Notes: generated from the letters alone by a model not told the origin. DNA of 44,020 nucleotides from an uncultured Lachnospiraceae bacterium (GCA_902766175.1 CACXCJ010000055.1:1-44020); one strand, 5' to 3'. Shown: positions 27,428 to 36,214, counted from the first letter of the stretch. Program-made: numbers and translations.

Positions 27428-28588
27428 TCAATAATCCATGACGGAGAGATAGATCTCTCTCGCAGCCTCCGGCGTGACGAGCTTCACGTTGTTGGAGAGA
27501 AGTCTCTGCTGCTCCATGCCTGCGGATACAAGCCAGTCAAGATCCTCCTTCGGGACATTGAACTCCTTCAGGCTCGTCGGGATGTCGAGGTGCTTCACGA
27601 TCTCGCCCATCCACTGGACCATGTAGCTGCTCTTCGCATCGACCGTGGTGCAGGTCTTCTGTCCCTTCACCGCGCGGTCATAGATCGCGGCGAGACGGTC
27701 CTTGATGTCGGACTCATTGAACTTCATGCAGGGCACAAGCAGCATCGCGTTGGATACGCCGTGTGCGATGTGATACTTGCCGCCGAGCGGATAGGAGAGT
27801 CCGTGGACAACTGTTGTGCCGGAGCAGACAATCGCCTCGCCCGCGTAGAACGCCGCGATCTGCATAGCCCGCTTCGCGTCCATGGCATTCGGATCGTCGC
27901 ACGCCTTCTCAATGTTGTTCAGGATGAGGTCCGCCGCCTCAAGTGCAAACGTGTCGGAGAACGGGTTCACCTTCTTGCAGGTGTAGCACTCCACAGCGTG
28001 GCAGAGCGCATCTACGCCGGTCGCCGCCGCGATCTTTCTCGGAAGATTCTTGATCATCTCCGCGTCGAGGATGACGTAGTCCGCCATCATCTCCGGGTTC
28101 ACGATGCCGATCTTCACGGACTTCTCCGGGACGGCGACGATCGCGTTGAACGTGACCTCTGAGCCGGTGCCCGCTGTGGTCGGGATCATCATGCTCGGGA
28201 TGACCTTCTTCGCGAGCCGCGGATTGTCGAGAAGATCCTTCACCTTGTACTGGTCCGTCGCAAGAATGGAGACCAGCTTCGACGCGTCCATGACGGAGCC
28301 TCCGCCGACCGCGATGATGAAGTCTGCGCCGCAGCCCTTGAACTTGTCCACCTGCTCCTGCACCTGGCCGTAGCTTGGCTCACGCGCCAGATCATCAAAG
28401 AGAACGAACTCCTTTCCTGCAGCCTTCACCTGGTTCAGAATGAGATCCAGAAGGCCGGCGCCCTCGACACCCTGGTCCGTGAAGACCGCGATCTTCTTCC
28501 GGTCTGCGACAATGGTCTGGATATTTGCGAGCGCGTTCTCTCCCGCAAACGTGTACTTCGGAATCTGCATTTCATACTTTGTCAGCAT
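27428..28588 (-). CDS. Iron-containing alcohol dehydrogenase
   Basis: GGGSVMDASK, PTTAGTGSE, DALCHAVE, HGLSY, HGVSNA metal ligands. Confidence 0.94.
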   Translation of the reverse strand: MLTKYEMQIPKYTFAGENALANIQTIVADRKKIAVFTDQGVEGAGLLDLILNQVKAAGKEFVLFDDLAREPSYGQVQEQVDKFKGCGADFIIAVGGGSVMDASKLVSILATDQYKVKDLLDNPRLAKKVIPSMMIPTTAGTGSEVTFNAIVAVPEKSVKIGIVNPEMMADYVILDAEMIKNLPRKIAAATGVDALCHAVECYTCKKVNPFSDTFALEAADLILNNIEKACDDPNAMDAKRAMQIAAFYAGEAIVCSGTTVVHGLSYPLGGKYHIAHGVSNAMLLVPCMKFNESDIKDRLAAIYDRAVKGQKTCTTVDAKSSYMVQWMGEIVKHLDIPTSLKEFNVPKEDLDWLVSAGMEQQRLLSNNVKLVTPEAAREIYLSVMDY

Positions 28589-29856
28589 TTCTCTTCCTCC
28601 TTATTTTTGACTACCAGCTTTTCCAGATCCGCAAGAAGTGTCTCGCGTCCGAATCCGCCGGACTTCGAGACCACCTGATAACTCTCTCCATTCAGGCTGA
28701 ACCGGGAGAGAACCGTTCCCGGAAAGAGCTCCGTCACCGGTTCCACCATGGTGATGCCCATCAGCCTGAAGAATCCCATCAGCGTATCGCCGCCCATGAT
28801 CATGAGCGCTGCCTTCGGAAGACGCTCCATGCGGCCCTTCATAACTTCCCCGAGACTTGCGGGGATCAGTTTTCTCAAGACCTCATCCGTGATGTTGTGG
28901 TCCACAGCAAAATTGACGGTGTCGCGTCTGTCCGGCAGGTCGTTGCTGTCCACAACGCAGACCCGCTCCTTTACGGCTTCGTCGAGCAGTGCGGCGAGCT
29001 CCTTCTCTCCCTGCTTCGTCTTCCAGTAGCCCTCCTGGAGCTTCTGCTGCGCAGTCAGCCGGAACCTGCGGAAGCCGTTTTCCTCCGCATAATCGAGCTG
29101 ACGCACGGTGATCGGGTTCACGCTCCCGCACACCGCAAACAGGCAGTCGGCCTGGAGAACCTCCGTCGTTTTTTTCAGGGTGAGGTCCAGCGCCGCCGGA
29201 AGAACAGAGGCGAATCCCGCGCAGCCCGCCAGGATTTTCAGGCGGTTCCTTCCGCGGAGCCGCTTCGCAATTCCCGCCATCTGCCGGTCCGTGCTGCAGT
29301 CGTAGACTGCGATCCGCTTCTCCGGGACATCCAGCTCATCCCGCTTTCCAGTGCGGATCACATCCGTCCGCACGCCGCTCTGTTCGGCGATGATGTCCGG
29401 AATAAAGGACTTTTTCATCGGCTCAAACGGGTCCTGCCGGAACACGCTGTTCTCCAGCGGCTCCCCGTCAATATACAGGATCCCGTCCTGTGAGACGCGG
29501 TTCATCTTCGGAAACGAGGGAACGAACGGAAGCACAGTCTCGCCGGACGCATCGAGGAGGGCGGTGAGCTCACTTCCGATATTTCCGCGGAGCGCGGAGT
29601 CCGTCTTCTTGAAAATGTGCGGTACGCCCGCCGCTATGGCGCGCTCCGCCAGTCCCCTCACAATCTGATAGGCCTTGTAAGACGCAATGTGCCTGGATTC
29701 GGTGTCGATCACGATCACCTCGGCGTCCGCGCTGTTCTGCTGAAAGTCATAGCTGAGATCCGTGACGACACAGGTCCGCGCGCCCGACGCAGAAAACTGA
29801 ACCCCGGTATCAAGCGCCCCCGTATAGTCATCCGCAATAATCAGCAACTCCAACAT
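28582..29856 (-). CDS. Four-carbon acid sugar kinase (DUF1537; DtnK/DenK family)
   Basis: IIADDYTGALDTG, KKTDSALRGN, GSVNPIT, GGDT, KSGGFG. Confidence 0.93.
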   Translation of the reverse strand: MLELLIIADDYTGALDTGVQFSASGARTCVVTDLSYDFQQNSADAEVIVIDTESRHIASYKAYQIVRGLAERAIAAGVPHIFKKTDSALRGNIGSELTALLDASGETVLPFVPSFPKMNRVSQDGILYIDGEPLENSVFRQDPFEPMKKSFIPDIIAEQSGVRTDVIRTGKRDELDVPEKRIAVYDCSTDRQMAGIAKRLRGRNRLKILAGCAGFASVLPAALDLTLKKTTEVLQADCLFAVCGSVNPITVRQLDYAEENGFRRFRLTAQQKLQEGYWKTKQGEKELAALLDEAVKERVCVVDSNDLPDRRDTVNFAVDHNITDEVLRKLIPASLGEVMKGRMERLPKAALMIMGGDTLMGFFRLMGITMVEPVTELFPGTVLSRFSLNGESYQVVSKSGGFGRETLLADLEKLVVKNKEEEKC

Positions 29857-29928
29857 AACGTCTCCTCCAGCCTGTTACAGATGTGAACGACAAAGCCCCT
29901 TTAGAATTCCAATTCTGTCTGCATCATG

Positions 29929-29957
29929 AGTTTACTCAAAAGATCAGCCGGATTCAA
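29929..29957 (-). promoter_or_regulatory. Putative sigma70 promoter of the kinase-ADH-aldolase-pdxA operon
   Basis: TTGAAT-17 nt-TAAACT. Confidence 0.6.
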
Positions 29958-29976
29958 CACCGTGTCTTGAAAATAT

Positions 29977-30033
29977 CGTTTAAATATGAAACTGTTTTTG
30001 AACCGCTTTTCAACTATGTACAATTTTGAATCA
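29977..30033. promoter_or_regulatory. Two putative operator palindromes
   Basis: CGTTTAA-ATA-TGAAACT (29977-29993, 19-bp gap to -35) and TGTACAA-TTT-TGAATCA (30017-30033). Confidence 0.55.
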
Positions 30034-30103
30034 CATTCGTCCGCCTGCGCAGCAGCGCGCCCGGCGAAGGCAGGAAAAACTGCCCGCGCGCCCCCTGCGG
30101 CGG

Positions 30104-30148
30104 AAAAAAAGAAAGCACCGCAGGGAACCTCTCGGTTCGCTGCGGTGC
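30104..30148 (-). terminator. Terminator of rpsF-ssb-rpsR
   Basis: Stem GCACCGCAGnGAACC / GGTTCnCTGCGGTGC with T-rich tail on the minus strand. Confidence 0.75.
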
Positions 30149-30219
30149 CGATCGCGCGTCTTCCGGCGCACGTCTCTGTTTTATATACGTCCGGCGCGGC
30201 GCAGGGCCTGCGCTCCGGA

Positions 30220-30492
30220 TTACTCTACCTGATACGGAAGCAGAGCGATGTGGCGCGCTCTCTTGATTGCAGTGGTCAGCGCTCTCTGATGCTCCGCGCA
30301 GGTTCCGGTGATGCGGCGGGGAAGAATCTTTCCTCTCTCGGAAATGTACTTTCTGAGCGTCGCAACATCCTTATAATCAATCGGCTTCGCGTTCTGCGCG
30401 CAGAAAACACAGACCTTTCTTCTTCTGCGCATCCCGCCGCCCGGTCTTCTGCTTCTCTGGCCTTCCGGCTTATCACTCTTCGTGTAAGGCAT
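30220..30492 (-). CDS. rpsR: 30S ribosomal protein S18 (Zn-binding C+ form)
   Basis: [37 protein letters not shown]; start ATG 30492. Confidence 0.97.
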   Translation of the reverse strand: MPYTKSDKPEGQRSRRPGGGMRRRRKVCVFCAQNAKPIDYKDVATLRKYISERGKILPRRITGTCAEHQRALTTAIKRARHIALLPYQVE

Positions 30493-30515
30493 GATCTTGT
30501 CCCCTTTCAATCAGT

Positions 30516-31028
30516 TTAATTGAACGGAAGTCCCTCGTCCTCGACACCGTCCGGGATGTTCATGAAGCCCTCCGTGCTGGCGCTCTCCGGTGCCGGCTTG
30601 GAGTCTCCGCTGTAACCGCCTGAGTAGCTGCTTCCGGAAGCCGGCGCGGAGCTCTGTCTGCCGCCCTGTCCGTAGCTTCCCGCAGGCGCTGCAGCGCCCT
30701 TGCTGTCCGCAAACTCCTGGTCGTCCAGGATCACCTCAGTCGTGTAAACCTTGTTCCCATCCCGATTGGTGTAGCTTCCGGTCTGAATCCTTCCGGATAC
30801 GAGAACGCGCATTCCCTGATGGAAATACTTTTCAGCGAACTCGGCGGCCTTGTCAAAGGCCACGCACGGGATAAAGTCAGCAGTCTGCTGATCCCCCGCG
30901 TTCTGATTCCTCCGGCCCCTTCTGTCAACTGCCAGCGTGTAGTGCGCGATGGCCATCGAGCGCTCTCCGTTCGAATATCGGACTTCCGGGTCCCTCGTGA
31001 GTCTTCCCATCAAAATGACTCTGTTCAT
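30516..31028 (-). CDS. ssb: Single-stranded DNA-binding protein
   Basis: MNRVILMGRLTRDPEVR, GRIQTGSY, acidic LPF tail. Confidence 0.98.
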   Translation of the reverse strand: MNRVILMGRLTRDPEVRYSNGERSMAIAHYTLAVDRRGRRNQNAGDQQTADFIPCVAFDKAAEFAEKYFHQGMRVLVSGRIQTGSYTNRDGNKVYTTEVILDDQEFADSKGAAAPAGSYGQGGRQSSAPASGSSYSGGYSGDSKPAPESASTEGFMNIPDGVEDEGLPFN

Positions 31029-31046
31029 TTGTAAATCTCCTTCAGA

Positions 31047-31340
31047 TTATTCCGCCTCGTCTGAAACGATCAGATAACGGACAGCCGGCTCAAAAATGCG
31101 AAGGCTGGCTTCCAGCTCGTTCGGGCAGTTCGGATCCTCGGTCTCGAACTTGATGAAGTAATAGAAGCCCTCTTTCATCTTCCTGATGTCGTAGGCGAAC
31201 TTCTTCTTACCCCAGTCGTCGACGTTGGTCACGGTTCCACCAAAGCGGGTGATGTAGCCCTCCGCCTTCTCCAGCACAGCCGCTTTCGCGTCATCCTCGA
31301 GCTTTCCATTCAGAACAAGCGTTAATTCGTATTTGTTCAT
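31047..31340 (-). CDS. rpsF: 30S ribosomal protein S6
   Basis: MNKYE, WGKKKFAYDI..EGFY; rpsF-ssb-rpsR order. Confidence 0.97.
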   Translation of the reverse strand: MNKYELTLVLNGKLEDDAKAAVLEKAEGYITRFGGTVTNVDDWGKKKFAYDIRKMKEGFYYFIKFETEDPNCPNELEASLRIFEPAVRYLIVSDEAE

Positions 31341-31350
31341 CTCGCTCTCG

Positions 31351-31398
31351 TCCTCCTTTTGGTCTCTGGCCCCCGGTTCAGATCCGGGAGCAAGGAAT
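31351..31398 (-). ncRNA. S6:S18 ribosomal protein leader (autoregulatory RNA)
   Basis: Minus strand ATTCCTTGCTCCCGG..CCGGGGGCCAGAGACCAAAAGGAGG: anti-SD TCCTT, inner hairpin and CCR motif directly 5' of rpsF. Confidence 0.75.
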
Positions 31399-31413
31399 GT
31401 GTCACAGACTTTA

Positions 31414-31441
31414 ATTCTATCATCTGCAGAAAGAATTGCAA
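31414..31441 (-). promoter_or_regulatory. Putative rpsF promoter
   Basis: TTGCAA, 16-nt spacer, extended -10 TGaTAGAAT. Confidence 0.55.
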
Positions 31442-31529
31442 GTTTTTTCAGACCGCCGGAGCGGAAAATTTTTGTGCCGGACCGCCCGGAGCGGATACGT
31501 TTACGCCGGACCGCCCGGAGATCGCGCCG

Positions 31530-31745
31530 TCAGCCGGCCGGATGCGCGGCTGGCGCTTCCGGGCCGCCCGGCCGCTGAAGCTTCCGCAGGTTCTTCTCCA
31601 CCAGCGTGCGGCTCATCATGACCTGGCGGCCGCAGCCGGTGCACTTCAGCCGGAAGTCCTGCCCGATTCTCAGGACCTCCCATGTGGATGTTCCGCAGGG
31701 ATGCGGTTTCTTAAGCCTCACGATGTCGCCAACTCTGATGTCCAT
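31530..31745 (-). CDS. DUF951 family protein (YyzM-like)
   Basis: GDIVRLKKPHPCG..WEVLRIGQDFRLKCTGCG; typical position upstream of rpsF. Confidence 0.92.
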   Translation of the reverse strand: MDIRVGDIVRLKKPHPCGTSTWEVLRIGQDFRLKCTGCGRQVMMSRTLVEKNLRKLQRPGGPEAPAAHPAG

Positions 31746-31777
31746 ACTTCCTGCCTCACATGAGCCTTCCGCTGCCG

Positions 31778-32512
31778 TCAGCCGTTCACCGCCTGGTCCA
31801 GGACCTCGCCGATCTTCCCCGGAATCACCAGATCTGCCTCGCTGTCCATGGAGGTCGCGGACTTGTTGATAAGCACCAGCCTGTTCCCGCGGTAGTAGCG
31901 GACCAGTCCTGCCGCCGGGTAGACGACAAGCGAGGTCCCCCCGATGATCAGCATCTGCGCGGCGCTGATGTAATCGAGTGCGCGGCTCATGAGATCATCG
32001 TCCAGCATTTCCTCGTAAAGCACCACATCCGGCTTGATGATGCCGCCGCAGGTGCACCGCGGAATCACCGTCTTCGAGTTGACAACGTCCTCCAGCGTGT
32101 AGGACTTCCCGCACCGCACACAGTGATTCCGCAGGACGGAACCGTGCAGTTCAAGGACGTTTCTGCTTCCCGCCTTCTGATGCAGTCCGTCGATATTCTG
32201 CGTGATCACTGCCCTGAGCTTTCCCTCCTGCTCGAGGCGCGCCAGCGCGTAGTGCGCCTTGTTCGGCTCCGCGTCCGGGTAGAGCATGCGGTCCCGGTAG
32301 AATCTGAAGAACTCCTCCGGGCGCCGCTCGAAGAACGTGTGGCTGATGATGGTCTCCGGCGGGTACTTGTACTTCATATTGTAAAGACCGTCCTGACTTC
32401 TGAAGTCGGGGATATGGCTCTCAGTGGAGACGCCGGCGCCCCCGAAGAAGACAATATTGCTGCTCTCCTTAATCCACTGCCTCAGTGTGGCGATTTCCTT
32501 TTCCAGTGCCAT
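31778..32512 (-). CDS. cobB: NAD-dependent protein deacylase (sirtuin)
   Basis: GAGVSTES.IPDFRS, TQNIDGLH, HGS, Cys Zn ligands, GTSLVVYPA; start ATG 32512 after AAGGAGG; TGcTATACT upstream (hexamer 32634-32629). Confidence 0.94.
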   Translation of the reverse strand: MALEKEIATLRQWIKESSNIVFFGGAGVSTESHIPDFRSQDGLYNMKYKYPPETIISHTFFERRPEEFFRFYRDRMLYPDAEPNKAHYALARLEQEGKLRAVITQNIDGLHQKAGSRNVLELHGSVLRNHCVRCGKSYTLEDVVNSKTVIPRCTCGGIIKPDVVLYEEMLDDDLMSRALDYISAAQMLIIGGTSLVVYPAAGLVRYYRGNRLVLINKSATSMDSEADLVIPGKIGEVLDQAVNG

Positions 32513-32655
32513 GACCTGCCTCCTTCTTTTTTCCGCGGAAAGGCGCCCCCGATGCCGTCCCGGTCTGTCCCCGCGGATTTTGCCCCTCCCGCGGATCCTG
32601 CCTCTCCTGCGAGTCTGCCTGTGCCTATAGTATAGCACCTTCCGGCCGCGCGGCT

Positions 32656-33954
32656 TCAGGTCTCCTCGTCAAAGTACGCTGCCCCGGCCGGTTCCGCCTC
32701 CTTAAGCCACGGAACGTCCGCCGGGGATGCGGCGTAAGAGAACGCCCACTGCGCGAGGGCTCCGGGGGTCATATCCGGAAGACTTCCGGTGCTCTCCAGC
32801 TCTTTGGCAGTGCAGCTCTCCCTGTCAGGCAGCTTTCGGAGGGAGGAGCCGTTTCCCGAGAGGGTCCAGCGCCAGATGCCGTCATTGTACGGAATCTGCG
32901 GGTCACGGAAGCGGAACAGCCGGGTTCTGCTCCCCGGACAGGAGGCATGCAGGCGCACCGGCCGCAGAAATTCCGGCAGGTTCGTGATGCGCACCATCGC
33001 GAAGGGGGAGTTTTCCTTCGTCTCCGCCGCGATCCGCTCTTCCGCGAAAAAGCGCGCGTCCTCGTCCGGCTCGTCCGCGAAATCGCGGAAGCAGACGCCC
33101 GAGAGGGTCCTTTGTCCGCTTCCGTCCCCCGCGGGCGAGAGAAATACCTCCGCGCGCCCGCCGCCTGCGGAGAGCTCCGCCAGGAGATTTGTGAGGTAGT
33201 GTTCATCTCGGACCGCAAACACCGCGTAGCGCTCCGAGAGATACCGGTTCAGAAACTTCAAGAGTTCTCCCCGGAGCTGCCTCCGCGCCGCGTCCGCGGC
33301 GTTTCCGCCCGATCCGCCGCCTGCCGCACCCTTCTCCGGAGAGCCGGTCTCCGCATGCACGTAAGAAAAAGCGCCGGCCTCCTCCTGCCGCAGCACGACC
33401 CGTTCCGCCTCAGCGTCCCTTCTTAAGGCGAGATGCCGCACATCTGCCGCGTAGGCAAAGCCGAACGGCAGATAGTAGGCCGGGTCGGCCGGCTCAAGAA
33501 AGGTAAACGGAGCTCCCCGCCGGCACTCATCTCTCAGAATTGCAGTGAGATACTTCCGCATGATCCCCTCTCTGCGGTGCGCCTTTGCGGTCGCGACGGC
33601 AGAGAGATAGGAGATCCGGCACTCGCGCCCTCCGTAAAGAACCCGGTACGGATTCAGACAGGTCATCCCGATGACATCTGACGGCAGAAGCCTTCTGCCC
33701 GCCTCGGTCACCGGCGTCTCCGAGCCGCTGCTTCCGGCCGAAGGCCCGGTGTCTCCGGCTGCGCGCGCCTCTTCCCCGCCCGCAGGCTCCGCGTCTTTTG
33801 TGCGGAGCGCTGCGTAGACCCGGTTTTCCGACATCCGGTAACGATAATAGAAGTCCACGAGCGGCGGCGTATCCTCCGGAAACGCCTCTTCATAGAGGGC
33901 GCGCGTCAGTACCTTTTCCTCCTGCCGGAGCACCCGGATCTCATAGTTCAGCAT
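32656..33954 (-). CDS. GNAT-family acetyltransferase (Eis-like)
   Basis: LYEEAFPED, AVATAKAHRREGIM acetyl-CoA motif, YYLPFGF, MVRITNL. Confidence 0.8.
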   Translation of the reverse strand: MLNYEIRVLRQEEKVLTRALYEEAFPEDTPPLVDFYYRYRMSENRVYAALRTKDAEPAGGEEARAAGDTGPSAGSSGSETPVTEAGRRLLPSDVIGMTCLNPYRVLYGGRECRISYLSAVATAKAHRREGIMRKYLTAILRDECRRGAPFTFLEPADPAYYLPFGFAYAADVRHLALRRDAEAERVVLRQEEAGAFSYVHAETGSPEKGAAGGGSGGNAADAARRQLRGELLKFLNRYLSERYAVFAVRDEHYLTNLLAELSAGGGRAEVFLSPAGDGSGQRTLSGVCFRDFADEPDEDARFFAEERIAAETKENSPFAMVRITNLPEFLRPVRLHASCPGSRTRLFRFRDPQIPYNDGIWRWTLSGNGSSLRKLPDRESCTAKELESTGSLPDMTPGALAQWAFSYAASPADVPWLKEAEPAGAAYFDEET

Positions 33955-34090
33955 GGTTTTCCTCTCCGAAAGGGCGGGAAGCCGGTTCCCCGCGCTTCCC
34001 GCCCTTTTCTTGAATTTCCGCAGACACTCGGAGTCCGTCTCAGAAGCCCTCCGGGTTCCGATCCGCTGCGGCGTCTCTCATTTCCCTGTA

Positions 34091-35050
34091 TCACTGTTTT
34101 TCCTGTACCAGATATTTCCGCGCGTACCCGCAGGGGAAGTAACTCAGCTTTGACTGCCGAAGCCCGTCCAGGCCGACATCGTCCTCGCGGTTGATCAGGG
34201 ATACCTCCGGGAACTCATGCACCAGAAATTCCCGGTTGATCACCTGGTAGAGCCCGTTGATCTCCGGATTCGCCTTTTCGATGTGAATCACCGCCATGTC
34301 CTCCGCGGCATTGTAGCTTCCCATCGTAAACGCCTCGAGCGCCCCGTCGATAAAGATTCCGCCCATTTTCACGAGCAGGTTCCGGTCATCGCGCAGAATC
34401 TCCAGGTTTTTCAGGATATCGTGGATTCCCTCCACCTCCGGGTCAAGGTGCTGCTCCACTTCCTGGCCCTTGGTCTCCCGCCATTTCTCCAGAAAGCGGA
34501 ACACGCTGATGCGGTCCGCAGGCGTGAGCGCCTGGTACGCATACCTGCCGGCGTAGGTCTTCACGAAATTATTGTAATGATTCTTCTTCTTGTGAAGCTT
34601 TTTACCGGAGAGTGTCCTGAGTGCCTCCCCGTCATAGAGATAGTCCTTGAAATCCTCCTCTTCCCGGACGGTATAGCGCTCCTCCGGGAGAGCAAGCACC
34701 TTCACGGCTTCCTCATCCGCAAGTTTCACGATGAGAGGCTTTTTCAGGATCTCGGAAAAATACCGCTGCATCTCCCCGAAGCAGAACGCCAGGTCCCCGT
34801 CACGGCACAGCGGCATGCCCGCGAACGGCTCCTCCTCCGTCCCGTAGAGCCAGAGAAGACCGATCTCCTGTCCGTCCCGCACGGCCTTCGCGGCTCTGGC
34901 CTGATAGTAGTTCCGCCAGAGATAGCTCTCAAGCGGCGTGCTGTCCGCCGTCTTGTTCGGGCGGAGATTGTAAAACCTCGCGTAGTCCTGGAGATCCTCC
35001 ACCTCCAGCATCTTGAATTGAATCCGGCTGATTTGGTCGATTGTATCCAT
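34091..35050 (-). CDS. DUF2156 protein (soluble, MprF synthase-like domain)
   Basis: DYLY....L..LSGKKLHKKKNHYNNF, IHIEKAN, GLYQVIN, INREDDVGLDGLRQSKLSY.P; weak SD so the start is uncertain. Confidence 0.88.
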   Translation of the reverse strand: MDTIDQISRIQFKMLEVEDLQDYARFYNLRPNKTADSTPLESYLWRNYYQARAAKAVRDGQEIGLLWLYGTEEEPFAGMPLCRDGDLAFCFGEMQRYFSEILKKPLIVKLADEEAVKVLALPEERYTVREEEDFKDYLYDGEALRTLSGKKLHKKKNHYNNFVKTYAGRYAYQALTPADRISVFRFLEKWRETKGQEVEQHLDPEVEGIHDILKNLEILRDDRNLLVKMGGIFIDGALEAFTMGSYNAAEDMAVIHIEKANPEINGLYQVINREFLVHEFPEVSLINREDDVGLDGLRQSKLSYFPCGYARKYLVQEKQ

Positions 35051-35124
35051 AGCAGCCTGGTCAGCCCCGGCCGGTCCATGCGGAACCGGAAACAGCCCGG
35101 AATCGGGCCGCCCGCCGGGAGCGA

Positions 35125-35997
35125 TCAGTCAAGCTCCTTTCCGGTAAGCATCGTGTATGCTTCCTTATATTTTGCGATTGTCTTGTCAATGATGTCCTGC
35201 GGCAGATTGTAATCACTTCCGGGATTCGCCCTGAGCCAGTTGCGGACGAACTGCTTGTCGAACGACGGCTGGTCGTGTCCCTCCTCGTAGCCCGCGAGCG
35301 GCCAGAAGCGGCTGCTGTCCGGGGTCAGCATCTCATCCGCGAGGATGACATTGCCCGCTTCATCGATTCCGAACTCGAACTTCGTGTCCGCGATGATGAT
35401 CCCGCGGGTCAGTGCGTAGTCCGCGCACTTCTTGTACAGCGCGATCGTGTAATCGCGGATCTTCTCCGCGTACTCGCGTCCCCTGCCCGGAAACACCTTC
35501 TCAAGCACCTCGACGCACTGGTCGAAGTTGATGTTCTCGTCGTGCGTCCCGATCTCCGCCTTGGTGCTGGGCGTGAAGATCGGCTCCGGCAGCTTCTGGC
35601 ACTGCTTCAGTCCCTCCGGGAGCCTGATGCCGCAGGCAGTCCCGTCCTTCTGATAGCTCTCCCAGCCGCTTCCGGTGATGTATCCGCGGACAATGCACTC
35701 GATCGGGATCATGCGGAGCTTTCTGCAGAGCATGCTGTTCCCGTCGAACTCCGGCTTCCGGAAGAACTCCGGCATATCCTTCGTGTCAACGCTGATCATG
35801 TGATTCGGCACGATGTCCTTCGTGTAGTCGAACCAGAACTTCGACATCTGCGTGAGAACCGCGCCCTTTTTCGTGATCTTGTTCTTCAGGATCACGTCAA
35901 ATGCCGAGATGCGGTCCGTTGCGACCATGACGAGCGCATCGCCGATGTCGTAGATCTCGCGGACCTTGCCTTCCTTGACCGGTCTGTATTCCTGCAT
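35125..35997 (-). CDS. purC: SAICAR synthetase
   Basis: GKVREIY, ATDRISAFD, ECIVRGYITGSG, FTPSTKA, ADTKFEFG, DEMLTPDSSRFW, SFDKQFVR. Confidence 0.97.
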   Translation of the reverse strand: MQEYRPVKEGKVREIYDIGDALVMVATDRISAFDVILKNKITKKGAVLTQMSKFWFDYTKDIVPNHMISVDTKDMPEFFRKPEFDGNSMLCRKLRMIPIECIVRGYITGSGWESYQKDGTACGIRLPEGLKQCQKLPEPIFTPSTKAEIGTHDENINFDQCVEVLEKVFPGRGREYAEKIRDYTIALYKKCADYALTRGIIIADTKFEFGIDEAGNVILADEMLTPDSSRFWPLAGYEEGHDQPSFDKQFVRNWLRANPGSDYNLPQDIIDKTIAKYKEAYTMLTGKELD

Positions 35998-36180
35998 GAT
36001 TTTTCCTCCTTGTGATGCTGTATCCCCTCCGGCCGATGCCGGAGCGCATCGTTTCGCCGGATAATGCGGAAAATCTGTCTGATGTCGTGCTCATCATAAC
36101 ACAACAGGAAATAAAAGGCATCTAATTTTCAGCTTTCGGCGGTGCGGATTTGAAATTCCCCGCACCGGGCGCATACCGCT

Positions 36181-36214
36181 AAAAAAAGGAACCGCCTTCC
36201 GGCAGTTCCCTTTT
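36181..36214 (-). terminator. Terminator after the csp gene
   Basis: Minus strand GGAACTGCC-GGAA-GGCGGTTCC followed by a T run. Confidence 0.8.

Noticed and set aside
32513-32638. N-terminal extensions in the ORF track (cobB; also tctC, tctB, aldolase 2, regulator 2, pgm, csp, rplL, rplA)
   Set aside because: Downstream starts have clear SD sequences and match family N-termini, so the extensions are longest-ORF artefacts.
35998-36120. Possible purine or ZTP riboswitch in the purC leader
   Set aside because: Only a GC-rich hairpin and an extended -10 are visible; no recognisable aptamer consensus. A covariance-model search would settle it.
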